Shown: positions 27,801-38,050 of the stretch, piece by piece
Numbering within the stretch: position 1 is the stretch's first letter
Layout: every line of letters begins with the position of its first letter
Assembly: GCA_002633005.1 (NCBI GenBank)
Contig: NMRA01000095.1
Coordinates: 965,622-1,029,621 of the forward strand
Source: Phoronis australis
Taxonomy: Eukaryota; Animalia; Phoronida
Length of the DNA: 64,000 nucleotides
Reading direction: 5' to 3'
Notes under the pieces: generated by a model
What the model was told of the DNA's origin: nothing
The model's input: the letters and a program-made list of their open reading frames with translations, nothing else
Databases searched by the model: none
Position numbers and translations under genes: made by a program

Positions 27801-30800
27801 AAAAGGAGAGTTTGAAACATTTAACGAAGTTTTTTGCCCGCTGCCCAAATCACGCGTACGCCGTAGCATCGACGAGAAAGCTTCTGTCGGAATCCCGGTC
27901 ACAGGTTACTATATTGGGGTCAGTAACGATGGCGTAGCAGTGAGTCAGAAGGTCATGTTCGTCTCTTACGATTCCGTCTGTATTTCCTGCAACGCGTCAG
28001 GCTTCTGCGTTAAAAAGGTACTAGGTTCCACATGTGTTCGGTCACATACAATTCTATAAGGTATGGCAAGAGGGTGGGGACAGCTACGATTTTCCAACTA
28101 ATAAAATGTCACGCTGTCCTTGAAATGGCTGCCAAGGGGGATTTGGTCGTGTCTGAAGGGCGCCCTGCCTAAATACGCCTCAATGTGTAGCCCTATCTGT
28201 CACATAATGATCTCATTTTCTCCAGGTTGAAATACGTCTTCTTCGTTTTTTTAGCAACGCGTAACAGGGAAATTTAAATGCGTTTATTAAAGTTGAAACG
28301 AATGGTCTTCTTATCACAAAGTCTTAGGAATCTCCACCTTTTAGTTGGAAGTGTCAGCAGTGAAACTATGATAGCAATTGATAATTTGAAGGCAAATGAT
28401 GGAGAGTGACGGTAATGTCAGTTTCGAAAATGGGCTCGTTCCATCAATTACGGGCAAAATATGTAGGTGAAAGAAAAATGCCCTAGCACTGAATATAGAG
28501 GCCCATGTCAGTAAGGATCACCGCACTCGCAAAATTTTATTGGGAACTTGACGGTTGAATGTAGCCATGAGACAGTCGTGTTAGAGTTTGACGATGAGTC
28601 TTTGTTACTTTGCGCGGTCATACAAGCATATGGTGTTTGTAAGCGAGGGTCTAATAATTTACCAAATGCAATAACAGTGTGTTAATCATTTCAGAACAAC
28701 TCTTGCTTGATTGGAGGTTTCTGTTATGCCCCTGAAGAAGCCAATCCAGCCAACGCCTGCGAACAGTGTTCTGTGACAACGGACGAATATGGCTGGACGC
28801 CCAAATACGTGAGTACACATTTAATAAGTATTACTTACTGCATTCAGTTACACATGTATGTTTGCTACTAAAGATGACGACGATGATTGGATTACATAAC
28901 GAGGATAATGGCCGGCTTCGATGGCGTTCGGGACTGAAATACTTTACATATAACGCGGTTTGGATAGAAGTCATGATACTTTTGGGTTTTGTTTATGATG
29001 GATGACCTTTAAACGGCCACTGTTTTGTTTTCGAACAATAAAAGGATTTGATTTATGCGATACATTGTTGGGTCCTTGTTTTACGAAAGGTGAGGTCTAA
29101 GTAAAAGGATAGATTTCTGGAGAAAATTATATTTTTAGAAACAGTGAGTAGAAAAAACGGTAATGAAATTTATTGTCGTTAATTTTGCAATCAGGGATCT
29201 CAGAATTGAAAAATAAAAAAAATTCCTGTTTTCCCCAGTTTTTTTGTTTGTCATTTTGGTTAAAAGAAAGGCCAGTACCCGCTTAAGTCCCTGGATCCGC
29301 CTATGCGATTGAAGGTGGGTTCTTGTCCATTTTCATTCTCTGTTTGTAATTCTACTCCAGCAGAAGACGGTGTTTCCCAAAAGTTTTACTTTTTCATTGT
29401 TGTTCAGTCACGTGTTTCCTGTTTGCAGAACAAATCTTGTCTGATCAACGGTGTATGTTACGAGAACAACCAAACAAACCCCAACAACGACTGTCAGCTG
29501 TGCTCGTCCAGCAAAGATACAAGTTCTTGGTCACAAAAATTCGTAAGTTTCATTTCTGTTTTTGTATTTTCAACACACGCTAAAATTTTGAAGAGCAGTC
29601 ATTCTTTTACTTATGGGTTGCTTCAAGGGTCACTCAGAGTTCCCGATTTATTAGTTGGTACTTCAAAGATATCTGGACCCAGACTCCTAGTCCAGATGCA
29701 GTCGGCGTAATAGACAACTTACTGTGTGGCTGGCATGGCGCTGTGTAATGTCTTCCTTCCCCCAGACGATATATTTACCCACAATGCCGCAGTGTCCGTC
29801 AAGCACGTTGGTATACTCGTTTTCACGCCATTGAAGCTCTTTGCTGTTGTAAACGTTTTACTTACAAGACTTTTCTCTGTCGCAATACTGCATTTGTACA
29901 TGTAATTCCAATGCCTACGAAGTATTATTGTTGTTCACGTACTACTTACAAGACTTTTCTATGTCGCAATACTGCATTTGTACATGTAATTCCAATGCCG
30001 TCGAAGTATTGCTGTAACTAGTCCGACGGGAAAAATGTGATGAACTTGACAAAAATCCATGGACTCGTGAATTTAAGTTTTCGCCTTATCGAAAGTGATC
30101 TGCGAGTGGATAAGCAGCATTTCTGATGTTGGGGTAGTTACTTTCTTTTACTGATAAGGTTGGTTTATTGTACCTACCGTATACCCTACTTCAAATAATA
30201 ATAATTATTTTGTGGAAAATGCCAAGCCTCGTGCAACTTTGTTCATAGTGAATTACATGTACATGTGCTTGTGATAGTACTTGTACAAAGAGATAAGTTC
30301 TTCGCAATTGTTAGTTTTGCTCATCTGTTTGTACGACAAATACCTCCACAACAAGGCATGCCCACAGATGCCCACACGGCGTATCGTTCATCATCCTTTC
30401 ACATGCCTGATCTGATGTACAGGTGGCGCTGTGATGGAGAATACTAAATCACACAGTCACCGAATGGCGAAAACGTCTCGTCCACGAGTTGGCTAAGCAC
30501 GCACGGTGACAATGAAGGACTTCATGCGCATTGCTACTGCGATGATTGCAGGCACTCGTATATTTCAGTAAAAAACGTACAAGTTGAAAAGATTAATTTC
30601 TTGTTGACTTAGCAAAGACTGAGTTTCATTATGTAGACTTGTAATTAAGTGTTGATTATTCGTAGGATGCGTCATGTCTGATTGGCGGAACATGTTACGT
30701 TGAAGGACACACCAATTCAGCCAACGACTGTGAAGTGTGTTACTCAGCTACACTCTCAAACGCATGGACACAGAAATATGTACGTGGTGCAAACTTTAAT

Positions 30801-33800
30801 TGTCTGGTTAAGTGCATGTCATTTGAGTAAATCATGTATTGTACTTAAGGGGCTACAAACCCGCCTTCCATTACAAAAACAACAACTTTTGACTTAGACC
30901 GCTAACGGTTATGAAATCGGCTTCAAATTGTTCCTTAGTGGAATTAGAGATGGTATCCTTATTGATTGAGATCAGGCGTGTCAATTTAAGAGCCGATCTG
31001 GGAAATAACGAACTGCCAGCTTTTGCCAACTCTGAACCACATATTGTTTGAATAAAGGACACCGGAGTACACAGTTTATAGCGGTGGGGTAAGTTGCTTA
31101 AATCAAGTTCGTTTCTTGGACGGAACACACTACATGTGCAATAGTTTCTGTTGATCTCGCAGCAATACTACTGTACCTCTTAGAATGTTATTTGAAGAAT
31201 AACTGGGACAGATCGCTTATCGATTTTTTTCGTCTTGAGGTACAAAATACGTTTAGGGAACAGAATTTGGCTGTCGTCAAGAAGTATGCGTAAGTCACTG
31301 CTAGATTAGATACTACATGCAAACAGATATGGAAATTGTAGAATGGCATTTTGTGACACCTACTGACTAAAATGTTGTCGTAAAATAAAAAAACAGGTTG
31401 TAAATATAGTCCCAGTTTTGATTTACAGCACGGTATACTTTGAGCATTTGAACAAGTTCACGATAGCATGATAATGCTACACGGTTTATTTTTTATTAAA
31501 CCAGGCTTCTTCGTGCTTAATTGAGGGAAAGTGTTTTGCAAATGGATCAAGAAATTCCCTGAATGACTGTGAGTTTTGCTCACCAGCAACGAAATCTTCA
31601 CACTGGACTTTGGACGAAGGAAGTGAGTGATCTCTAGATATGTCTGAGCGCTAAACTAGGCATTATCGGTTCAGTGTGGTCTAGTATTGAATGCCATATG
31701 TTGCGGGAATCAAAACTTCAATGTGCCTGTCGTAACAGTGATTCGGAATTTCTGCGGCATGTTTAAATTTGCAGTACATAGCAAAAATCTCCAGAATTTG
31801 CGACATTGCCTATAGAAGAGGAAATTAACTGGCGAAGTTTTTTTTCCATTTGTGAACGTTGTGTTAAAATGAAATAAATCTACATATGGTAAATGGCAAC
31901 ATAGATGGACCGGCTTGTACAATTTCTGCGTTGGTTGTCTATTTAGAATACATGTAACTCAAATACACTAAACGGAATCATCAGACTGGAGCTTGGTAGC
32001 ACTGAGAGGGTTCATCTATTCACGTCGATATGTACGTACCTGCTTGGTTAACGTTTTCGACCATCGGATACCGTGGTCTTTCTCAAACTGATTGGATTTA
32101 GTGTGTGACGTAAGGAATGACGTCACGAGGGTAAAGATGAGCGTCCTTGAGCAATGCGGTTAATGAGGGGTACAGCTGGAACTGACCACAATTTCTATTC
32201 ATGCATTGTTTGCCACTGTTCTTGATATAAACAGACTCCGTTATCCATCTGGAAATCTTGAACCCTCTCAGTGTTCATAACGTAAATAGCCTTTAACAGA
32301 TTTTCAGTCGTATTTAGGAATTTAAAGCATTATTTTAATTCCTTCTAGCCTGAAATCTACCGTAATTGCACTGATCTTTATGAAGTGATCGACTGGATTT
32401 AATGATGACACCACATGACTAGAGTGAAAAAGATGCAGACTGCATTGTCCGCAATACTTGTCACACGATCTTTATTTCATGACGTACATTTATCAACTTT
32501 ACAAACGGTAAGATGTACGACAACAACCCACAACCTGCCAGGAAGTCAATTCATGAAACTAGTTGAGTTTAGACTAACTCTTCACGACAATTTGTAAAAT
32601 TAAAATTATTACCTTCTGCAGATTCAGTATCATCTCGATTTTGGTATTTTTTAGTTTCTGGGTGTGCCGTTACTACGAAAACTCTTGTCCAGTCTACCAG
32701 CCAAGAGGTTGGAAACCAGCAAACCTCTATCACAACAGTTCTCACTTCGGAGGGTGGCATTGAAGGAGTTGATACTACCACTGGAACAGGTGTAGGTGAT
32801 ACATCTACTGTTGTTAAAACCACATCTCGCGGCATTGGAGGAGTTGATACGACCACTGGGACAGGTACAAGTGATACATCCACTGTTGTTGAAATCACAT
32901 CTCCTGGCATTGGAGGAGTTGATACGACCACTGGGACAGGTACAAGTGATACATCTGCTGTTGTTGAAACCACATCTCGCGGCATTGGAGAAGTTGATAC
33001 GACCACTGGAACAGGTACAAGTGATACATCTACTGTTGTTGAAAACACATCTCCCGACATTGGAGGAATTGATACGACCACTGGGACAGGTACAAGTGAT
33101 ACATCCACTGTTGTTGAAATCACATCTCCTGGCATTGGAGGAGTTGATACGACCACTGGGGCAGGTACAAGTGATACATCTGCTGTTGTTGAAACCACAT
33201 CTCGCGGCATTGGAGAAGTTGATACGACCACTGGAACAGGTACAAGTGATACATCTACTGTTGTTGAAAACACATCTCCCGACATTGGAGGAATTGATAC
33301 GACCACTGGGACAGGTACAAGTGATACATCCACTGTTGTTGAAATCACATCTCCTGGCATTGGAGGAGTTGATACGACCACTGGGGCAGGTACAAGTGAT
33401 ACATCTGCTGTTGTTGAAACCACATCTCGCGGCATTGGAGAAGTTGATACGACCACTGGAACAGGTACAAGTGATACATCTACTGTTGTTGAAAACACAT
33501 CTCCCGACATTGGAGGAATTGATACGACCACTGGGACAGGTACAAGTGATACATCCACTGTTGTTGAAATCACATCTCCTGGCATTGGAGGAGTTGATAC
33601 GACCACTGGGGCAGGTACAAGTGATACATCTGCTGTTGTTGAAACCACATCTCGCGGCATTGGAGAAGTTGATACGACCACTGGAACAGGTACAAGTGAT
33701 ACATCTACTGTTGTTGAAAACACATCTCCCGACATTGGAGGAATTGATACGACCACTGGGACAGGTACAAGTGATACATCCACTGTTGTTGAAATCACAT

Positions 33801-35920
33801 CTCCTGGCATTGGAGGAGTTGATACGACCACTGGGGCAGGTACAAGTGATACATCTGCTGTTGTTGAAACCACATCTCGCGGCATTGGAGAAGTTGATAC
33901 GACCACTGGAACAGGTACAAGTGATACATCTACTGTTGTTGAAAACACATCTCCCGACATTGGAGGAATTGATACGACCACTGGGACAGGTACAAGTGAT
34001 ACATCCACTGTTGTTGAAATCACATCTCCTGGCATTGGAGGAGTTGATACGACCACTGGGGCAGGTACAAGTGATACATCTGCTGTTGTTGAAACCACAT
34101 CTCGCGGCATTGGAGAAGTTGATACGACCACTGGAACAGGTACAAGTGATACATCTACTGTTGTTGAAAACACATCTCCCGACATTGGAGGAATTGATAC
34201 GACCACTGGGACAGGTACAAGTGATACATCCACTGTTGTTGAAATCACATCTCCTGGCATTGGAGGAGTTGATACGACCACTGGGGCAGGTACAAGTGAT
34301 ACATCTGCTGTTGTTGAAACCACATCTCGCGGCATTGGAGAAGTTGATACGACCACTGGAACAGGTACAAGTGATACATCTACTGTTGTTGAAAACACAT
34401 CTCCCGACATTGGAGGAATTGATACGACCACTGGGACAGGTACAAGTGATACATCCACTGTTGTTGAAATCACATCTCCTGGCATTGGAGGAGTTGATAC
34501 GACCACTGGGGCAGGTACAAGTGATACATCTGCTGTTGTTGAAACCACATCTCGCGGCATTGGAGAAGTTGATACGACCACTGGAACAGGTACAAGTGAT
34601 ACATCTACTGTTGTTGAAAACACATCTCCCGACATTGGAGGAATTGATACGACCACTGGGACAGGTACAAGTGATACATCCACTGTTGTTGAAATCACAT
34701 CTCCTGGCATTGGAGGAGTTGATACGACCACTGGGGCAGGTACAAGTGATACATCTGCTGTTGTTGAAACCACATCTCGCGGCATTGGAGAAGTTGATAC
34801 GACCACTGGAACAGGTANGCTTTGTGGCCAAGGAGTATACCTTCTGCGTTCAGTCGTTTGGGTTCTTGGTAATTAACCTTCCATTGGAGTCAGAATTCTT
34901 GCAATATGACGTGTGTTCAGGCACAGTGCTGGCGCATGAATGACGTCATTGTTGTCTTGGGAAAATTTCAGGCTTCAGTAACGGCATGAGCGCCCATTGT
35001 CAACTGAAAGTGACAATAATACCTCACAAGTACATGCAAATATAACGCAAGAAATTACAAGAACATTCAGATGTGTACACAAGACGAGAATTTTTTAACT
35101 GTCAAAATGACAATGACACAAAACGAATACGGGAAACCTAGAGAATATCTATGCGTGTCTGTCTGGCTGTCTGTATACTTACATCACGAAAACCTCGTTT
35201 CATCAGTTAAGGACCAACACAACCTGCACAGTGTACAGATCATGGATAACGAAAATATATAGGCCAATGACACGCGACCAACGAACGAATCGGGGGTACA
35301 AGATAGGGGATAATTAAAATGCACACATCTATCCAAACAATAATAGGCCCTGTACACATCCAACGTTGATGACTGCGTCTGTAGTGACAATGTGTGTAAC
35401 ACGCTGTTTGTGAAATAAATCACTAATTACATGTACATTCACCGTGTAGCTTGACAAGCAACATGGCTTTTTCTGAGGATTAGACGTTCCTGCTCGCCTT
35501 TCATATTTATAGTCATGCATTAGAAGACAATTGTTCCAGGTGATCAGCGCAATGGCCCCATCTGAGCCGACCGCATACGTCTTGTACAACGTGTACCAGA
35601 AGCCGGCAATAATATTTTTTATTTGAAGACAATTGTATGCACGTTGTTTTGGAAGGAACTAACCGATTTAGTACATCTTAGAGTAAACAATCGTGACATC
35701 TACACTTCGAGCTCTCTTTTAAATCTCTTTCAGAGGAGTCGTTACGCCATGCGGCGGCCCCCAGGACGTACATGAAGACCAAAATCCAGTTTACTCGAAA
35801 TATCGCAGTGTGCGTCCTCTTTCTGCACAATCCAAGTCTTCCAGCGTTGGACCAGAGCCATGGACATCCAATAGCAGACCAGTGTCCGCCTCTGGACTTT
35901 TTGCGGGTATTGAAGTCTAA
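2828..35920 (+). CDS. Gene 1 (overall span): multi-exon VWDE-like protein (D8C, VWD, EGF, 4x Cys module, mucin repeat, probable cytoplasmic tail). Signal-peptide and TM exons not located.
   Basis: 21 exons with AG/GT ends whose phases chain correctly up to the gap at 34818. VWD motifs DPHMITFDG, GEFVLYR, CNCGVAVR, LPTGT and TEGLCGSF; EGF motif [28 protein letters not shown]. Confidence 0.85.
3556..3762 (+). CDS. Gene 1 exon B: D8C C-half
   Basis: ttgcag|...GCCG|gtacgt; PSVEDGPVTRVFC...IEVQNC...YVLYNLPRVSGCPVAFCA. Confidence 0.9.
4449..4511 (+). CDS. Gene 1 exon C: short Cys motif (GSANLCPPNTYSPTGFQPGCT)
   Basis: tttcag|...|gtaagt, phase 1-1; same 63-nt length as the paralogue exon at 61164. 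Confidence 0.85.
5495..5800 (+). pseudogene. 3'-truncated KolX-like ORF (P2X7 cytoplasmic-ballast-like Cys protein)
   Basis: Acidic N-terminus, YMFEPEY, then WCKCTVCVVMPTSMECLCCSE. Similarity ends where the ORF meets the opposite-strand transposase. Confidence 0.75.
5800..6584 (-). pseudogene. Truncated Kolobok transposase N-terminus with THAP domain; frameshift/stop near the 5' end
   Basis: ATG at 6584 gives MPHCCCVPGCTNY. A shifted frame gives HRFP...W...VCGKHF...LKKDAIPS (THAP), then KFIV..LELF..CxxC..C..GH..W. The DDE core is missing. Confidence 0.8.
8102..8424 (+). CDS. Gene 1 exon D (Ig-like beta region)
   Basis: ttgtag|...TTTAAT|gtacgt; KKEIQFHCNI..FFNVRWFIN; homologous to 62578-62906. 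Confidence 0.88.
8510..9060. repeat. Degenerate G/T-rich low-complexity intronic tract
   Basis: GTG/GGT/GAT-rich sequence that produces spurious Val-rich and Thr/His-rich ORFs. Confidence 0.6.
9802..9888 (+). CDS. Gene 1 exon E (VHCEVLAHY...SGDFWAGIK)
   Basis: ctctag|...AAG|gtaagg, 87 nt, phase 0-0; the FxAGIK motif is typical of VWDE-like proteins. Confidence 0.85.
11295..11723 (+). CDS. Gene 1 exon F (Ig/Calx-like region before the VWD domain)
   Basis: ttaag|VKNDTITIKEG...WSNYVVKDVE|gtaagt, 429 nt. Confidence 0.85.
14623..14711 (+). CDS. Gene 1 exon G: VWD start
   Basis: ttgtag|...CSSVNDPHMITFDG|gtgagt. Confidence 0.9.
15754..15861. repeat. Compound (TA)n/(TG)n/(TATG)n microsatellite
   Basis: Read directly; lies about 25 nt upstream of the exon H acceptor. 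Confidence 0.95.
15887..15950 (+). CDS. Gene 1 exon H: VWD (RYESHLHGEFVLYRNKKYPFE)
   Basis: ttgcag|...GAG|gtgagt, phase 2-0. Confidence 0.88.
17011..17256 (+). CDS. Gene 1 exon I: VWD
   Basis: aaacag|VHGLFQKC..ACNCGVAVRS..TME|gtgagt. Confidence 0.9.
19638..19891 (+). CDS. Gene 1 exon J: VWD end
   Basis: ttgcag|LHLPTGT..PSKADFGNTEGLCGSFN..FTALWR|gtatac. Confidence 0.9.
20092..20205. repeat. Dispersed repeat of ~115 bp; inverted copy at ~47588-47700
   Basis: GACTTCCCGAGATTACGTGAGATATTGCCGTGT...AACACGTGACTTTGACTAG matches the reverse complement of 47588-47700. Confidence 0.8.
21033..21312 (+). CDS. Gene 1 exon K, with furin-type site RRKR
   Basis: ttccag|..QYCTC..KCRRKRE..YKPS|gtacgt. Confidence 0.88.
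21540..23511. mobile_element. Putative ~2 kb DNA-transposon derivative bounded by a 17-bp inverted repeat, AATAGCGGAGTTGCAAC
   Basis: Exact inverted match at both ends; no clear TSD; family unassigned. Confidence 0.5.
22955..23352 (+). pseudogene. Degenerate HIRAN-like ORF plus a pogo/Tc1-type terminal sequence (nested TE remnant)
   Basis: IHGFHMHKEV*...FDKYAVSVFKVQTRVVGHIPRKSSKTSAFFLNRG; the 3' end ccatgggcgctaattagggcgaatagcgg resembles a CCGTATT-type TIR. Confidence 0.55.
24228..24383 (+). CDS. Gene 1 exon L (FPTASNIT..A..FC..C..CVEDIK)
   Basis: ttaag|...AAG|gtaaac, 156 nt; conserved VWDE-like helical Cys region; absent from the ORF track. Confidence 0.88.
24877..25126. mobile_element. 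MITE (hAT-like termini CATG(C/A)GCG(C/T)ACCCA); second copy inverted at 54549-54804
   Basis: Terminal inverted repeats, plus internal identity (GCAAAAAGGTCCG..GAAACAAAAAGTCC) between the two copies. Confidence 0.7.
26683..26926 (+). CDS. Gene 1 exon M (helical region and EGF start)
   Basis: cttcag|[22 protein letters not shown]|gtgagt. Confidence 0.9.
27253..27443 (+). CDS. Gene 1 exon N (EGF end, GLCDVKSRPC)
   Basis: aaatag|..[22 protein letters not shown]|gtatga. Confidence 0.9.
27754..28017 (+). CDS. Gene 1 exon O, with second furin-type site RVRR
   Basis: ttcaag|..VFCPLP.SRVRRS..IGVSNDG..YDSVCISCNASGFCVKK|gtacta. Confidence 0.9.
28695..28808 (+). CDS. Gene 1 exon P: Cys module 1 (NNSCLIGGFCYAPEEANPANACEQCSVTTDEYGWTPKY)
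   Basis: tttcag|114 nt|gtgagt, phase 0-0. Confidence 0.88.
29429..29542 (+). CDS. Gene 1 exon Q: Cys module 2 (NKSCLINGVCYENNQTNPNNDCQLCSSSKDTSSWSQKF)
   Basis: ttgcag|114 nt|gtaagt, phase 0-0. Confidence 0.88.
29845..30017. repeat. Two-copy 84-bp tandem duplication
   Basis: TACTTACAAGACTTTTCT.TGTCGCAATACTGCATTTGTACATGTAATTCCAATGCC occurs at 29859 and 29943. Confidence 0.85.
30666..30779 (+). CDS. Gene 1 exon R: Cys module 3 (DASCLIGGTCYVEGHTNSANDCEVCYSATLSNAWTQKY)
   Basis: tcgtag|114 nt|gtacgt, phase 0-0. Confidence 0.88.
31505..31622 (+). CDS. Gene 1 exon S: Cys module 4 (ASSCLIEGKCFANGSRNSLNDCEFCSPATKSSHWTLDEG)
   Basis: aaccag|118 nt|gtgagt, phase 0-1, which joins the mucin exon in frame. 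Confidence 0.85.
32655..34817 (+). CDS. Gene 1 exon T: mucin-like Thr/Gly/Ser repeat exon; 3' end lost at gap N34818
   Basis: ttttttag| phase 1: SGCAVTTKTLVQST.. then (GIGGVDTTTGTGTSDTSTVVEITSP)-type repeats, open up to the N. Confidence 0.85.
32755..34817 (+). repeat. Coding minisatellite: ~27 units of 75 bp organised as a 225-bp trimer
   Basis: Sequence lines recur identically every 900 bp; three unit variants end in EITSP, ETTSR and ENTSP. Confidence 0.95.
35734..35920 (+). CDS. Probable terminal exon of gene 1: cytoplasmic-tail-like peptide
   Basis: Strong acceptor ctctttcag; GVVTPCGGPQDVHEDQNPVYSKYRSVRPLSAQSKSSSVGPEPWTSNSRPVSASGLFAGIEV*. Linkage to gene 1 across the gap is inferred. 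Confidence 0.55.
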
Positions 35921-36404
35921 CCTTCGCCCTTTTGTCTCGTGTTTAGGTACCTTTACAAAAATAGCTTATTTTTTTTTAATCGAGCATCTGGAAGTTTACG
36001 TCTTTCACATTTACTTATTTTCATAGGTGTCATTTAAGGTGTGTGTAGTTGCGTCGCGTTTCCAAGCCAGCCATAGCATACACAAGAGGACGCAACTACA
36101 GTAGTAGCATCCTGCTTCTAGGTCGGGCAATCTGCAGATCTTAAGACACGTCTTATTCAATCAAGGACAATGTACGTTTGGGAGCCAGATGAGGGAAAGT
36201 GCTACAGTTTTCGATTTGGCTCAAACCTCAGAGTGGCAACCATTAGGGGTTACCAGGACACAACTATCAACTTTGAGTGCCACAAAACGGCTGGTGCTAC
36301 ACAACAATGTGGCCGTTTTCGTGTCCCTGGAGTTTTACGTTAATTGTTGTTGTCTTATTCTCCACAAGTTTTTCTTCGATTGCATTACTCTCTTCGTCCT
36401 TCCC

Positions 36405-36640
36405 ATCCCAGTTAATTGTTACTGCTATGCTGTGGGCTGCAACTGCAGCGTGAAAAAGTTTGACAAATACCCGTGGATGCGTGATCTCAAATCATCCTTG
36501 GACTTCCCAACTTCTATGATTGACACGAAATTGTGCCTGATTTCCAAAACTAGGTCACGCGCTTTCTTATCTCCGGGAAAAAGAAGAACTCTATAGGCAT
36601 GTAATCCAGGACAGTCCTAACACGTCATATCTTCCGCTAG
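36405..36640 (+). pseudogene. Possible decayed THAP-domain remnant (TE-derived)
   Basis: VNCYCYAVGCNC..KYPWM..DFP..SPGKRRTL resembles a THAP N-terminus; CxxHF is not intact. Confidence 0.3.
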
Positions 36641-37269
36641 ACGTGATTTCCATAAAAATACTATAATGCAAAAATAAATTCTATGAAAACTTCCATAACT
36701 TTGGAATGGAATGAGGTAGAGACACTATTCCCCAACATTAGAAGCATTATCCGCACTGACAACTGACAAGAAATGGAATTTTAAATTAGTTCAGAAATTG
36801 ATTGAAGCTTTCGTATTGGTCTGTTGTTATCAAGTGTCTCGATTTTGGTCAGCTCTTGGCTATTATAGGGTGATGATTGTCCTTAGGGGTGTTTTCTTTT
36901 TTATTGTAACCTCGCTTTCAGTTCATCTTTTTTTCCGGCCACATTGTTGTACGTTCAAAAACTTATTCAATTTTCCCACCCTCTACCTCCCAATTTTCGT
37001 CAATCATTCTCTCGTACATGTACTTCCACGTGGCCGACTCTTTTCATTGCCCAATCTTCTTTTTAATGTTTATTACGAAATCTTCAGACTACAATGAATA
37101 TGCATAACCCAGAAAGCGCCAAGAGGCATTAGATCTGGGTAAAAAATACAGAGAAGTCAATATGCAATTATTATATACGAATACATAAATAAAAAATGAT
37201 GTTAAGAAAACAGTGATATATGACTACGAATGTAAATAATTCATTTTCATACAGATGTATACAATTCTA

Positions 37270-38050
37270 TCCACTCACACATAGAGATTAAATGTTATAA
37301 GATCTCCTGAAGGCGTGGCTGATAGAAGCTTGAATATTATGCATATTAAGTTGCCGCAGTCCTGGTCTCGTGCTTGGTCTTTTGTAGAAGTAAAAGAGGA
37401 TTTTGTTATAGTAATTGTTTATGTTGGTTAAGACTTTGAATGTATACATGGGCAGGTGGAGTTTGCAACGGGTTGCTAGTTTGCTCCAGTGGAGACTATT
37501 TAGAACCTTGATTGTGTTGGACCCTTTGTATGCCCCTGTAATGGCTAAAGCTGCTTGGTATTGTAGTCTTTGTAATTGAAGTATGTCAGCCTTGGCCGAT
37601 TGGTAGATTATGTCACAGTAATCTAGATGTGGAAGTACAAAAGACTTGAACAGAGTTTCAAGATGTATGGAGTTCAGATGACGAGAGATAATTCTAATTG
37701 GATTAATTAATTTTTGTACTTTTTGAACGAGTTCTCGACAATGAGGAGTAAATGTAAGCTTATGGTCGAGTAGCAAGCCAAGATGTCTGTGCGTGAACTT
37801 ATTGGGGATAACTTCCCCATTGAGTGATAATTCCAGTGTTGGATTTGTTTGGAAATGAATATTATTAGACTTAGAAAATATAAGATCAACACTTTTTTCA
37901 GGTTTAAATTTCACCTTTCATTTGTGAGATCAGTCATAGAGTTTGTTAAGGTCAGTTTGCAAATGTAAGGAGTCATGGGGATGCTCTTTTGAGAATGGGT
38001 GGCAAATTGCATTGTCATCAGCATATAAGTATGTTTTAGAGTTTATTGCC
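37270..38050 (-). mobile_element. 5'-truncated CR1/L2-group LINE; RT C-terminal fragment with stops
   Basis: YLYADD..LQTDLNKL..KFKPEKS..HLGLLLDHKLTF..LFKSFVLPHLDYCDIIY..LQRLQYQAALAITG. Confidence 0.85.

Noticed and set aside
32755-34817. Array considered as CRISPR-like
   Set aside because: It has no unique spacers and is a pure coding tandem repeat in a eukaryotic gene.
32569-34943. Three ORFs of 715-745 aa (Val/Pro-rich -, Cys/Asn/Arg-rich -, Leu-rich + resembling LRRs)
   Set aside because: These are shadow frames of a stop-free 75-bp repeat. Only the Thr/Gly/Ser + frame has an acceptor in phase with upstream exon S.
34819-35733. Search for the TM exon after the gap
   Set aside because: No hydrophobic segment with a compatible phase-2 donor. 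The single Ns (34818, 54572, 58569) mark assembly gaps or ambiguities.
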